Of a stretch of 32,000 nucleotides of DNA, positions 1 through 8,104 are shown piece after piece. Origin of the DNA: Methanothermobacter thermautotrophicus str. Delta H. GTDB lineage: Archaea; Methanobacteriota; Methanobacteria; Methanobacteriales; Methanothermobacteraceae. Location of the stretch: contig NC_000916.1 in NCBI RefSeq assembly GCF_000008645.1, positions 150,001 through 182,000 of the forward strand, written 5' to 3'. The translations under genes were made by a program, and so were the position numbers. How positions within the stretch are numbered: position 1 is the first letter of the stretch; the number at the start of each line of letters is the position of its first letter. A model generated the notes under the pieces. The model worked only from the letters and a program-made list of their open reading frames with translations, searched no databases and was not told the origin of the DNA.

Positions 1-1
1 A

Positions 2-181
2 AGTCAGAGGGCCTTCCCGGTTGAGGACGCAGAAGGCATGGGATACGACCCCGACTATTACATTGAAAACCAGGTGATGGCTGCGGTATCACGCATAATG
101 TCATCCCTGGGTTACTCCACAGAGGATATGAATTCGTTATCCTCGGGTGAAAGGCAGAGCAGCCTCGACGCGTTCTTTTAA
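2..181 (+). CDS. polB: Family-B DNA polymerase, extreme C-terminal end (partial; gene enters from upstream of the window)
   Basis: The frame is open from the window edge to TAA at 179-181. It translates to ...[30 protein letters not shown]...SSLDAFF. This matches the conserved C-terminal block of archaeal PolB (Pfu-type [29 protein letters not shown]). Confidence 0.8.
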
Positions 182-344
182 TTGGCTGAAGGCTTTCTTT
201 TAACACTTTTCGTTATTTCTAATCAGCTGGAAGCTATCCTTTGTTTTAAGACACCATCTCCATGATTTCCGCATCCCACAGTTAAACCAACAATGTTATA
301 ATTGATTAGTTATAGAGTTTCATTACAGAGAAATAGGTGGGACG

Positions 345-1025
345 ATGCTGAAGGCGGTTTTCTTTGATATTGATGATACTCTCTATGACACCTCAGGATT
401 TGCTAAACTTGCAAGAAAGGCTGCTCTGAACGTCATGATAGACGCAGGTCTCCCATTAACACAGGAGGAGGCCTACAAGCTTCTCAGGGAGATAATATCC
501 GAGAAAGGATCAAACTATGACAGGCATTTCAATGTCCTGACAAAGACGGTTTTCGGTGAGGAGAAACCACTGCTCATTGCCCTTGGAATGATAACATACC
601 ACAACGTCAAGTTCGCCCTCCTGAGACCATTCCCCAACACCACATCCACACTCATTGACCTCAAGAGTAAGGGGTACAGGCTTGGGGTCATCTCAAACGG
701 CATAACGATAAAGCAGTGGGAGAAGCTCATAAGACTCGGCATCCACCACTTCTTCGATGAGGTCGTCACCTCAGACGAGGTCGGCTTCGAAAAACCCAAC
801 ATAAGGATCTTTGAGGAGGCCCTCAGGAGGATGGGCTGCAAACCCGAAAGATCAGTGATGGTTGGTAACAAGTTCAATGAGGACATACTGGGAGCCACAA
901 ATGCGGGTATGTCAGCCATACTGGTCAACTCAGAGTTAACGGAGGCAGAAAGGGATCACGTTGAGAAGAACGGTCTTGATGTTACGGTCATAGATGATAT
1001 CAGTCAGCTTAAGGAGATCCTTTAG
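345..1025 (+). CDS. HAD-superfamily (subfamily IA) hydrolase/phosphatase
   Basis: ATG preceded by TAGGTGGGACG. HAD motif I FFDIDDTLYD (DxDxT), motif II VISNG, motif IV GNKFNEDILGA. 226 aa. Confidence 0.85.
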   Translation: MLKAVFFDIDDTLYDTSGFAKLARKAALNVMIDAGLPLTQEEAYKLLREIISEKGSNYDRHFNVLTKTVFGEEKPLLIALGMITYHNVKFALLRPFPNTTSTLIDLKSKGYRLGVISNGITIKQWEKLIRLGIHHFFDEVVTSDEVGFEKPNIRIFEEALRRMGCKPERSVMVGNKFNEDILGATNAGMSAILVNSELTEAERDHVEKNGLDVTVIDDISQLKEIL

Positions 1026-1125
1026 TTTTCATGTAAGGAGGGATTTCAGCGGGCCTTCCCCGTTCCCATGAAATCTCTCATCCACGGGGGATGAACATGA
1101 TGGACATCGATAAGGGGGATGAATT

Positions 1126-2688
1126 ATGAACTGCGAAGCCTACTACCACGATGAGAACATGGTTGAAATCTTTGAGGAACTGAAACAGCCAAAGACGCTG
1201 GAAGAGCTGGGGTTATCCTATTTCTTCGTAAGGGACCTTATACTGAAGATAATGTTAACCTACGGGACCGTTAAAACCCAGAGAATGACGGATATAACGG
1301 GCATACACCTTGATATACTTGAAGAGATCCTGGGTCAGATGGAGAAGGACGGATTCTGCGCCCAGGTTGGGGGCAGTTTCCTGTTTTCCAGTGTCGAATA
1401 CACCCTCACAAGGAGGGGTGTTGAGAAGGCCCGCCTTGTAATGGAGGAAAACCCCTACATAGGGATAGCTCCGGTGCCCTATGAGAGATACTTTGAGCTG
1501 ATGGATAAGCAGCTGAGTAACCGTTTCCCCATCAGGATACCTGATGAGGTTATTGAAAAGACCTTCAGGGATGTGGTGGGACTATCCTATGCAAAGGAGT
1601 GTCTCGTGGAGTCCTGCACAATAGGTAAGGGGCTCTTTGTCTATGGAGCTCCCGGTACAGGTAAGACATTCATAATAAGCAAGGCCTCCGACCTCCTGCC
1701 TCCCCTCGTGATCCCCCGCTTCATAGAGTTCAGCGGAAGGGTTATACAGATCTATGACCCTGACTTCCACAGGCCATGCCCTGAAGAACCCGAAGACCCC
1801 AGATGGATAAAGATACACGCCCCATTCGTTTTCACGGGCTCAGAATTAAGTTTAAATGAACTGGAGACAACCTACAACATGAACAAGGGGGTCTATGAGA
1901 CCTCACCCATCATAAAGGCCAATGGTGGAGTCCTTCTCATAGATGACCTTGGAAGGCAGCGGGATGACCATGAGGTGATCCTCAACCGCCTCATCGTCCC
2001 CCTGGAGAACAGTAAGGATGTAATCTATATAAGGGGTGTTCCTGTCATATTCCACACACACTTCATACCCGCCTTCTCAACAAACCTCGATGTCAGTATA
2101 ATGGACGAGGCCCACCTCAGGAGGGCCCCCCTCCACATATTCCTGAGGAACCCTCCGGTTGAAAACGTCGCAGAGGTCTTCAGGCGCAACCTTGATGAAA
2201 TAGGGGAGGAGTACGATGATGAGGTTGTTGAAAGGATTAAAATGGTCTACACCCCTGTTGCCGATGGTGGTGAGGGCCTCCAGCCCAGCTATGCCCATGC
2301 AAGGGACCTTGCCCAGATAGCTCAGGCAGTCAGGATCAACATGGGAAGGGAGAGTGTGGACCTTGAGGTGATTGAGAGGGCCCTTGATAAGCATGTTCTG
2401 ATAGCCCTCCAGAGGATGGATATTGATATAAGCCAGGTACATCACAGCATCAGGACATTCCGTATTATTACAGACGACCCCGATAATGCCGAGAGGGTTC
2501 TAAGACTCTACGGGGCACTTACAGTTGCAAGGGAGGATGGAGCAGTCCTGGCAGACTTTGAGGACTCTATAAGTCCTTCTCAGCTCCTTGAACACCTTCA
2601 GAACCAGGGTGTAGGAGCAAGGAAGATTGAAGTCATCTCTGAAACCAAGAGGGAAATCAAGAAGGCAATACTTGAACACGGTGACTGA
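1126..2688 (+). CDS. AAA+ ATPase of unknown function, with an N-terminal winged-helix-like region and a small unassigned C-terminal domain
   Basis: ATG preceded by GGGGGATGAATT. Walker A GAPGTGKTF, Walker B VLLIDDLGRQ, sensor-1-like FSTN, Arg-rich HLRRAP. The N-terminal ~110 aa look like a helix-rich wHTH. 520 aa. Confidence 0.8.
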   Translation: MNCEAYYHDENMVEIFEELKQPKTLEELGLSYFFVRDLILKIMLTYGTVKTQRMTDITGIHLDILEEILGQMEKDGFCAQVGGSFLFSSVEYTLTRRGVEKARLVMEENPYIGIAPVPYERYFELMDKQLSNRFPIRIPDEVIEKTFRDVVGLSYAKECLVESCTIGKGLFVYGAPGTGKTFIISKASDLLPPLVIPRFIEFSGRVIQIYDPDFHRPCPEEPEDPRWIKIHAPFVFTGSELSLNELETTYNMNKGVYETSPIIKANGGVLLIDDLGRQRDDHEVILNRLIVPLENSKDVIYIRGVPVIFHTHFIPAFSTNLDVSIMDEAHLRRAPLHIFLRNPPVENVAEVFRRNLDEIGEEYDDEVVERIKMVYTPVADGGEGLQPSYAHARDLAQIAQAVRINMGRESVDLEVIERALDKHVLIALQRMDIDISQVHHSIRTFRIITDDPDNAERVLRLYGALTVAREDGAVLADFEDSISPSQLLEHLQNQGVGARKIEVISETKREIKKAILEHGD

Positions 2689-2697
2689 TAAGCGGTT

Positions 2698-3543
2698 GTG
2701 TTTTTGATGGATCCAATACCTGTGAACGTGGCGGTGACCGTACTGGTCTCGGTGGCTGTATGGTCCCTCCTTGAATTCATTCCCCTCCTGTTTCCAGGGG
2801 AGGCCGGGAGGCTGGCAGCACGCCTCAGACCATTACCCTCCGGTTTGATGGAGGTAACCCACCACATCAACCTTCTGAGGAGAGGGAGACCGTGGCAGCG
2901 CTTCATGGCCCGTGAAGTTATAGCTGAACTCTTTAAAACCAGGTTACAGGAACTTGAGGCCCTGAAGTATGAGGAGTGGAGGAGTGAACTTGAATCCCAG
3001 AAGGAACTGATGGAAAGGCGTGAGCTAAGCGACGATGAGATCCTCCACATCGAGGCCGGGAAGGAGATGATGGTAAATTCAGAAGGGGAAATGCAGAGGG
3101 CAGAGGGGGCTGTTTATCCCACAGCAGGGGAGGAAGAGTTCATAAGGATCAGAAATCATAAAAAGGAGCTCTTAGATGATCTGAGGGACAGGTACTCTGA
3201 TTTCAGGATATGGGCCCCCAGGAACAGGGATATCCTGAGGTACATACAGGATAAGGTATTCAGAAGGGAGGAGTTTGACCTTGAGGGCCTAAGGGATCAC
3301 AGCAGGGAATGGGCCCTCGTGAACATCTGGGGCATGGAGCCTCCGGTGAGTTACCCTGAGGAAGAACTCCTTGAGGATCTGCTGCTCTACCTGGAGCTGA
3401 TGGATGATGATTCAACTGCCATCAAACTGGCCCGTGCCCTTAGCGGTAACGATGACTCCCTGAGGTACCTCGATGAGGTTATACGTACCGTTTCAGCATG
3501 GAAGACCGGGGAAGATCCTGTATTTCCCCAGTCACGCCAGTAG
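2698..3543 (+). CDS. Membrane-anchored acidic coiled-coil protein, hypothetical (likely co-transcribed with the ATPase)
   Basis: Begins 9 nt (GTG 2698) or 18 nt (ATG 2707) after the ATPase stop; the start is ambiguous. It has an N-terminal hydrophobic helix (VNVAVTVLVSVAVWSLLEFIPLLF). The rest is Glu/Arg/Leu-rich and helical. I recognise no motif. Confidence 0.6.
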   Translation: MFLMDPIPVNVAVTVLVSVAVWSLLEFIPLLFPGEAGRLAARLRPLPSGLMEVTHHINLLRRGRPWQRFMAREVIAELFKTRLQELEALKYEEWRSELESQKELMERRELSDDEILHIEAGKEMMVNSEGEMQRAEGAVYPTAGEEEFIRIRNHKKELLDDLRDRYSDFRIWAPRNRDILRYIQDKVFRREEFDLEGLRDHSREWALVNIWGMEPPVSYPEEELLEDLLLYLELMDDDSTAIKLARALSGNDDSLRYLDEVIRTVSAWKTGEDPVFPQSRQ

Positions 3544-3592
3544 TTTTCGCCTGATGGAGTTCCTAATCACATTTCTGATGTTATCGAGTTGA

Positions 3593-4366
3593 TTATAGTT
3601 CTATTTCCAGTCCTATGGGACAGTGGTCTGAGCCCATGACATCTGAGAGTATCCAGGACCTTTTAACCTTCCCTTTGAACTCCTCGTTTACAAAGAAGTA
3701 GTCGAGTCTCCAGCCGACGTTCCTCTCACGGGCCCTTGTCCTGTAGCTCCACCATGTGTACTGTCCGGGGTCACTGTTGAACATCCTGAAGGTGTCCACG
3801 TACCCATTTTCAATAAATTTATCGATCCAGGCCCTCTCAACGGGAAGGAAACCTGATACGTTGCTGTTTTCCTTTGGCCTTGCAAGGTCTATCTCCCTGT
3901 GGGCTGTGTTGAAGTCCCCACATATAATCACGTTCCTCCCCGAATCCCTCTCCCGGTTGACGTCCTCAAGGAATGCGTCATAGAATTCCAGTTTATACTT
4001 CAGCCTCTCCTCTGACATCTTACCGTTGGGGAAGTATATGTTGTAGAGGAGGAAGTCGTCAAAGTCTGCGATCTGTATCCGACCCTCGGTGTCGAATCTC
4101 TCCACACCGAAACCCTCCCTCAGTGAAGAGGGGGGTACCTTTGTGTACATGGCAACCCCGCTGTACCCCTTTCTCTCCGCAGGGGTGAAGAAGCTTCTGT
4201 AACCCTCAACGTGCCTGAGCTTCCTGGGGAGCTGTTCAGGCGCTGCTTTTATCTCCTGAAGGCACAGGATGTCTGGCTTCTCTTCCATGAACCATTTAAG
4301 GAACCCCTTCCTGTGGACCGCCCTGAGGCCGTTGACGTTCCAGGATATTATTTTTAGCACGGTCAT
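3593..4366 (-). CDS. xth: Exonuclease III / AP-endonuclease family nuclease (Mth212 type)
   Basis: EEP-fold motifs [35 protein letters not shown]. 257 aa. From memory, the sequence matches the Methanothermobacter ExoIII homologue Mth212. Confidence 0.92.
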
Positions 4367-4436
4367 GATACCACGTAATTATTTCTGTCATGGAGGTTAA
4401 ATTAACTCTCCTTATACTCATGATACCTTTTCAGCT

Positions 4437-6347
4437 CTAAAATATCAGTGGCAGTATCCTTGCAAACAGTCCACCGAGGAATAATGCTGTTCCGAGGTTT
4501 GCAAGGGTTATGATGGAGGTGGACCTCCAGCTGAATTCCCTTGCAAGTATTGCGATGGTTGAGAGGCAGGGGAAGTAGAGCATACCGACCAGGGTCAGGA
4601 CGAGGATCTGGGGTGCTGTGAGGGCAGCCCCTATGTTTGTCCCAACCAGTGACACAAGCCCGAGGAGTATGAATTCCTTCCTGACGGCGCCCAGTATCAG
4701 GAGTATACCTGCAAATACTGGCAGTTTAAGCCATCCGACTGTAAGGGGTGCCATGAAGGCGCTGATGGGATTGAGCCATCCAAGGGCGTATAGTAACTGT
4801 ATCAGGGCGCTTCCAATGATGTATATGGGGAATACAAGGTAGATGAGGGACCTGGTCCTTGTCCAGGTCTGCCTTGCTATGACACGGAATGAGGGCATCT
4901 TAAGGGAGTGCATCTCCATTATAAGTCCGGTTGTTTCCCCGGGAAGTGCCTTGAGGGCCACCTTTCCCATTATGAAGATTATAAGGAGGTCCAGGGCGTA
5001 GAGTCCTATGGCCCACCATACATTCACGAAGAGGGCTACGAGTCCAAGGATGAGGATGGTCCTTGCAGCGCAGGGTGCGAAGGATATTGCAAAGGCTGCA
5101 AGGAGTCTCTCCCTGTGGGTCTCAAGTATCCTTGTACTGTCAATTGCAGGGACGCTGCACCCGTAACCCAGTATGAGGGGTATGAGGGCCTTCCCATGGA
5201 GCCCTATCTTCCTCATGAAGGCGTCCATCATGAATGCCACCCTGGTGAGAAGACCTGAATTTTCAATGTAGGATAGCATCAGGTAGAACGGTATAACGAA
5301 AGGTATCACCAGGGTCAGGCCAGCCACGATACCCCCGAAGGCCCCGTTCCATATTATTGATTCAATGGAACCTGAGAACTTGGGGTCAACGGGCTGGAAG
5401 AATCCAAAGATCCCTGTGAGTGTGTCTGAGAGGAACTCCCCCACAACAAAGGTCCAGAGGAGGAGTCCTCCAACAACCAGAACAGATGAGATGTAGCCGT
5501 AGACAGGATGTGTGAGGAAGCCGTCAAGTCTCTCTGATAGTGAGGTTTTGATCTCCTCCTGCCTCTGTGCACCTGCAGCTATCATGCTGGAGATGGCATA
5601 ACGTTCTGAAGTTATAACTGAGAATGCAGGTTCACCGTGTATGGACTCTATTTCAGCTGCCAGTTCTGATGCAAGCTTCCTAACGTCCTCAGGCATCATG
5701 GCTGTTATCTGGGGGTCGTTTTCCAGTAGCTTTATTGCAACCCATCGGGCTGAATAACCTTCGGGGATTTCAGGGAGGGCATCCATCAGTTTCCCTATAC
5801 GGGTCTCGATCTCCTCACCGTATTCGATTATCCGTGGCAGTGTCTTTTTATCAGCCACTTCAACCGTCTTACGGAGCAGTTCCTGGAGTCCCCTTCCCTT
5901 AACCGCAACCGTGGATACCACCGGCACGCCAAGAACCTTCTCCAGCTTCTCATCGTCTATCGTTATCCCCTTCTGTCTGGCCATGTCCACCTGGTTGATG
6001 CAGATCACCATGGGGACCTCCATCTCCATGAGCTGGAGCGTGAAGAAAAGGTTTCTCTCGAGGACAGATGCATCAAGTACATTTATGACAACGTCGGGTC
6101 CTTCATTGATTATGAAGTCCCGTGATACTATCTCCTCCATGGAGTAGGTTGAAAATGAGTATATCCCTGGAAGATCGATTATGTGGATGTCTCTTCCCTG
6201 GAATTTAAGGTACCCCTCCGCCCTTTCAACGGTTTTTCCAGGCCAGTTGCCGACTATCTGGTTCGATCCTGTCAGCTGGTTGAAGATAACACTCTTACCC
6301 ACATTGGCGTTTCCTGCAAGTGCAACGGTTATCTCAGATTTTTTCAT
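4437..6347 (-). CDS. feoB: Ferrous iron transporter FeoB (G-domain plus permease)
   Basis: G1 GNANVGKS, G3 DLPG, G4 NQVD, followed by a polytopic membrane domain. I prefer ATG 6347 (GAAGGT 8 nt upstream) over the track's TTG 6353. Confidence 0.93.
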   Translation of the reverse strand: MKKSEITVALAGNANVGKSVIFNQLTGSNQIVGNWPGKTVERAEGYLKFQGRDIHIIDLPGIYSFSTYSMEEIVSRDFIINEGPDVVINVLDASVLERNLFFTLQLMEMEVPMVICINQVDMARQKGITIDDEKLEKVLGVPVVSTVAVKGRGLQELLRKTVEVADKKTLPRIIEYGEEIETRIGKLMDALPEIPEGYSARWVAIKLLENDPQITAMMPEDVRKLASELAAEIESIHGEPAFSVITSERYAISSMIAAGAQRQEEIKTSLSERLDGFLTHPVYGYISSVLVVGGLLLWTFVVGEFLSDTLTGIFGFFQPVDPKFSGSIESIIWNGAFGGIVAGLTLVIPFVIPFYLMLSYIENSGLLTRVAFMMDAFMRKIGLHGKALIPLILGYGCSVPAIDSTRILETHRERLLAAFAISFAPCAARTILILGLVALFVNVWWAIGLYALDLLIIFIMGKVALKALPGETTGLIMEMHSLKMPSFRVIARQTWTRTRSLIYLVFPIYIIGSALIQLLYALGWLNPISAFMAPLTVGWLKLPVFAGILLILGAVRKEFILLGLVSLVGTNIGAALTAPQILVLTLVGMLYFPCLSTIAILAREFSWRSTSIITLANLGTALFLGGLFARILPLIF

Positions 6348-6385
6348 TGTCAAGACCTTCTATCTGCTCTGTTCTATTAGGGGGG

Positions 6386-7102
6386 CTAGCCTTCTGTTTC
6401 TATGAAGACGTTATCTGCTATGTCCCTTCCCAGGGCCACCCTGGACCCGCGGATCTCCACTTCGATTGGGCCGCTGAGGGGTGCCCTTTTTATCATGGTA
6501 AGGGGGGCTCCAATGGTTATCCCCATATCCATGAGCCGCCTCACAACCCTGTAGTCACCCCTTATGAAGGATACCCTTCCGCTCTGGTTTTCATCCATCT
6601 CTGTGAGGGATTTCAGGTTTTCATCACGGCAGCCTATTTCCTCGATATCGGCGTCCTTCATCTCAATGCATTCCTCGCATGTCTGGAATTTGAATTCACA
6701 TGCGGGTATGGGCTTTTCATCGGGGCACTCTCCTGGCATGTTAAGGAGATGGCACAGGGCCCTTTCAGCATCGTCTGAGAGTGAATGTTCCATTTCACAG
6801 GCCTGCCGGTGTATCCTCTCCCTCTTTATTCCCAGAACGTCATGGAGGAATCTCTCAAGGAGCCTGTGCTTCCTTGTTATTCTACGGGCGATCCTGTATC
6901 CTCTATCTGTGAGCACGGCTCCCCTGTATGGTGAATATTTAACATATCCATTTGAATCAAGCTTTTTAAGCATCTGGGTTACACTTGCAGGGGCGATTTT
7001 CATTTCCCGGGAGATGTCTGTGGTGGTAACGGGCTTCCTTGAATCCGAGAGCCTGTAGATGGTTTCAAGGTATTCCTCTATATTTTCACTGAGATGCTTC
7101 AT
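6386..7102 (-). CDS. DtxR/MntR-family metal-dependent repressor fused to a C-terminal FeoA (SH3-like) domain, with a Cys-rich linker
   Basis: N-terminal wHTH ([13 protein letters not shown]...[23 protein letters not shown]). DtxR metal/dimerisation block [12 protein letters not shown]...CPDEKPIP. C-terminal FeoA-like block [37 protein letters not shown] 7102 is preceded by TAGGTGAACCTA; the track starts at GTG 7111. The gene ends 32 nt before feoB. Confidence 0.88.
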   Translation of the reverse strand: MKHLSENIEEYLETIYRLSDSRKPVTTTDISREMKIAPASVTQMLKKLDSNGYVKYSPYRGAVLTDRGYRIARRITRKHRLLERFLHDVLGIKRERIHRQACEMEHSLSDDAERALCHLLNMPGECPDEKPIPACEFKFQTCEECIEMKDADIEEIGCRDENLKSLTEMDENQSGRVSFIRGDYRVVRRLMDMGITIGAPLTMIKRAPLSGPIEVEIRGSRVALGRDIADNVFIETEG

Positions 7103-7125
7103 TAGGTTCACCTAAAGCCTTACTG

Positions 7126-7144
7126 TTAGTTTAGTTAAACCTAA
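7126..7144. promoter_or_regulatory. Candidate DtxR-type operator in the regulator/feoB promoter
   Basis: TTAGTTTAGTTAAACCTAA matches the 19-bp DtxR/IdeR consensus, as I remember it (TTAGGTTAGCCTAACCTAA), at 15 of 19 positions. It lies between a TATA-like element and the start codon. Extra TTAGGT/ACCTAA half-sites sit at 7102-7115. Confidence 0.5.
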
Positions 7145-7145
7145 T

Positions 7146-7160
7146 TCAATATAAGGTTTT
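7146..7160 (-). promoter_or_regulatory. Putative BRE/TATA element for the regulator-feoB operon
   Basis: The minus strand reads AAAACCTTATATTGA about 45-58 nt upstream of ATG 7102. Assigned by eye only. Confidence 0.35.
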
Positions 7161-7173
7161 CTAAAACAGGCTG

Positions 7174-7223
7174 AAAAAATAGTGAATGGGTTCCCCTAGG
7201 GAATTTGAGGGGGATGATCCCCC
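7174..7223 (-). terminator. Putative terminator after the acetate-channel gene (hairpin plus T6)
   Basis: Perfect inverted repeat GGGGGAT-g-ATCCCCC at 7209-7223, 12 nt after the stop. On the minus strand a T6 run follows (A6 at 7174-7179 on plus). Confidence 0.4.
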
Positions 7224-7234
7224 ACCATTCAGGT

Positions 7235-7828
7235 TCAGGTGGGGAGGATGTCCCTTCCATGGGTCTCGTTTATAACCTCTGCAAGACCCACGTACATGGC
7301 GGCTGCCCCTGTGAATATACCCTCATAACCTGCCACAGCTGTTATAAGGGCTGAACCCGTGATTTCGCCTGCAGTGAGCAGGAAGAAGAGCACCGCGAGG
7401 CTTATGAATATCACCTGGATGCCCCTTTTGAGTTTCAGGGTTGCTATGAACATCAGCAGGGTGAACAGTCCCCACATGAAGAGGTAGGATGCCATTGCAA
7501 CCGGGTCGGCACTGGCTGCTGCGGTTCCTGATGTTTCAAGAAACTTGAGGTTCGGGATCACCAGGAGGAGTACCAGTGACCACCAGAACAGACCATAGGA
7601 TCCGAATGCAACCGTACCGAAGGTGTTGCCCTTTCTGTATTCCATCACACTTGCAAGTATCTGGGCTATACCACCATAGGCGAACCCCATTGCAAGTATC
7701 ATACTGTTTATGGGAAAAAGACCTGCATTGTGCAGGTTCAGCAGTATGGTGGTTATACCAAATCCCAGAAGTCCCAGGGGTGCCGGGTTGGCGGTTTTAT
7801 CTGATATAACCACTTCTGTTTCACGCAT
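7235..7828 (-). CDS. AceTr (GPR1/FUN34/YaaH, SatP-like) acetate/succinate channel
   Basis: Family signature [11 protein letters not shown] near the N-terminus and six hydrophobic segments. I prefer ATG 7828 (AAGGTGAGAAAT upstream); the track starts at TTG 7849. Confidence 0.85.
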   Translation of the reverse strand: MRETEVVISDKTANPAPLGLLGFGITTILLNLHNAGLFPINSMILAMGFAYGGIAQILASVMEYRKGNTFGTVAFGSYGLFWWSLVLLLVIPNLKFLETSGTAAASADPVAMASYLFMWGLFTLLMFIATLKLKRGIQVIFISLAVLFFLLTAGEITGSALITAVAGYEGIFTGAAAMYVGLAEVINETHGRDILPT

Positions 7829-7876
7829 ATTTCTCACCTTATACATCAAATATGAAGGGAGGGTATGGGGGCCCAG

Positions 7877-8104
7877 CTATTCCTCAAGGGTTGAGGTATC
7901 ACCGAGGTCCTCTCCTTCCTCCCTGGCCCTCAGTATTCTCCTCATTATCTTACCAGACCTGGTTTTGGGGAGGCTGTCAACCTGGACCATCTCTCCGACG
8001 ACGGCCACGGGTCCGAGTTCATGGCGAAGGTGTCTTTTCAGTTCTTCGATGAGGGCGGCGTTCAGTTTATGACCCTTCTTGAGTATGAGGAAAGCCTTTA
8101 TGAC
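7877..8104 (-). pseudogene. acs: C-terminal 75 codons of acetyl-CoA synthetase, cut off from the main ORF by an in-frame TAG
   Basis: Same frame as 8105-9781 and directly after TAG 8105-8107: [75 protein letters not shown]. It contains the A10 motif [11 protein letters not shown]. There is no start codon of its own near the 5' end. Confidence 0.85.
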
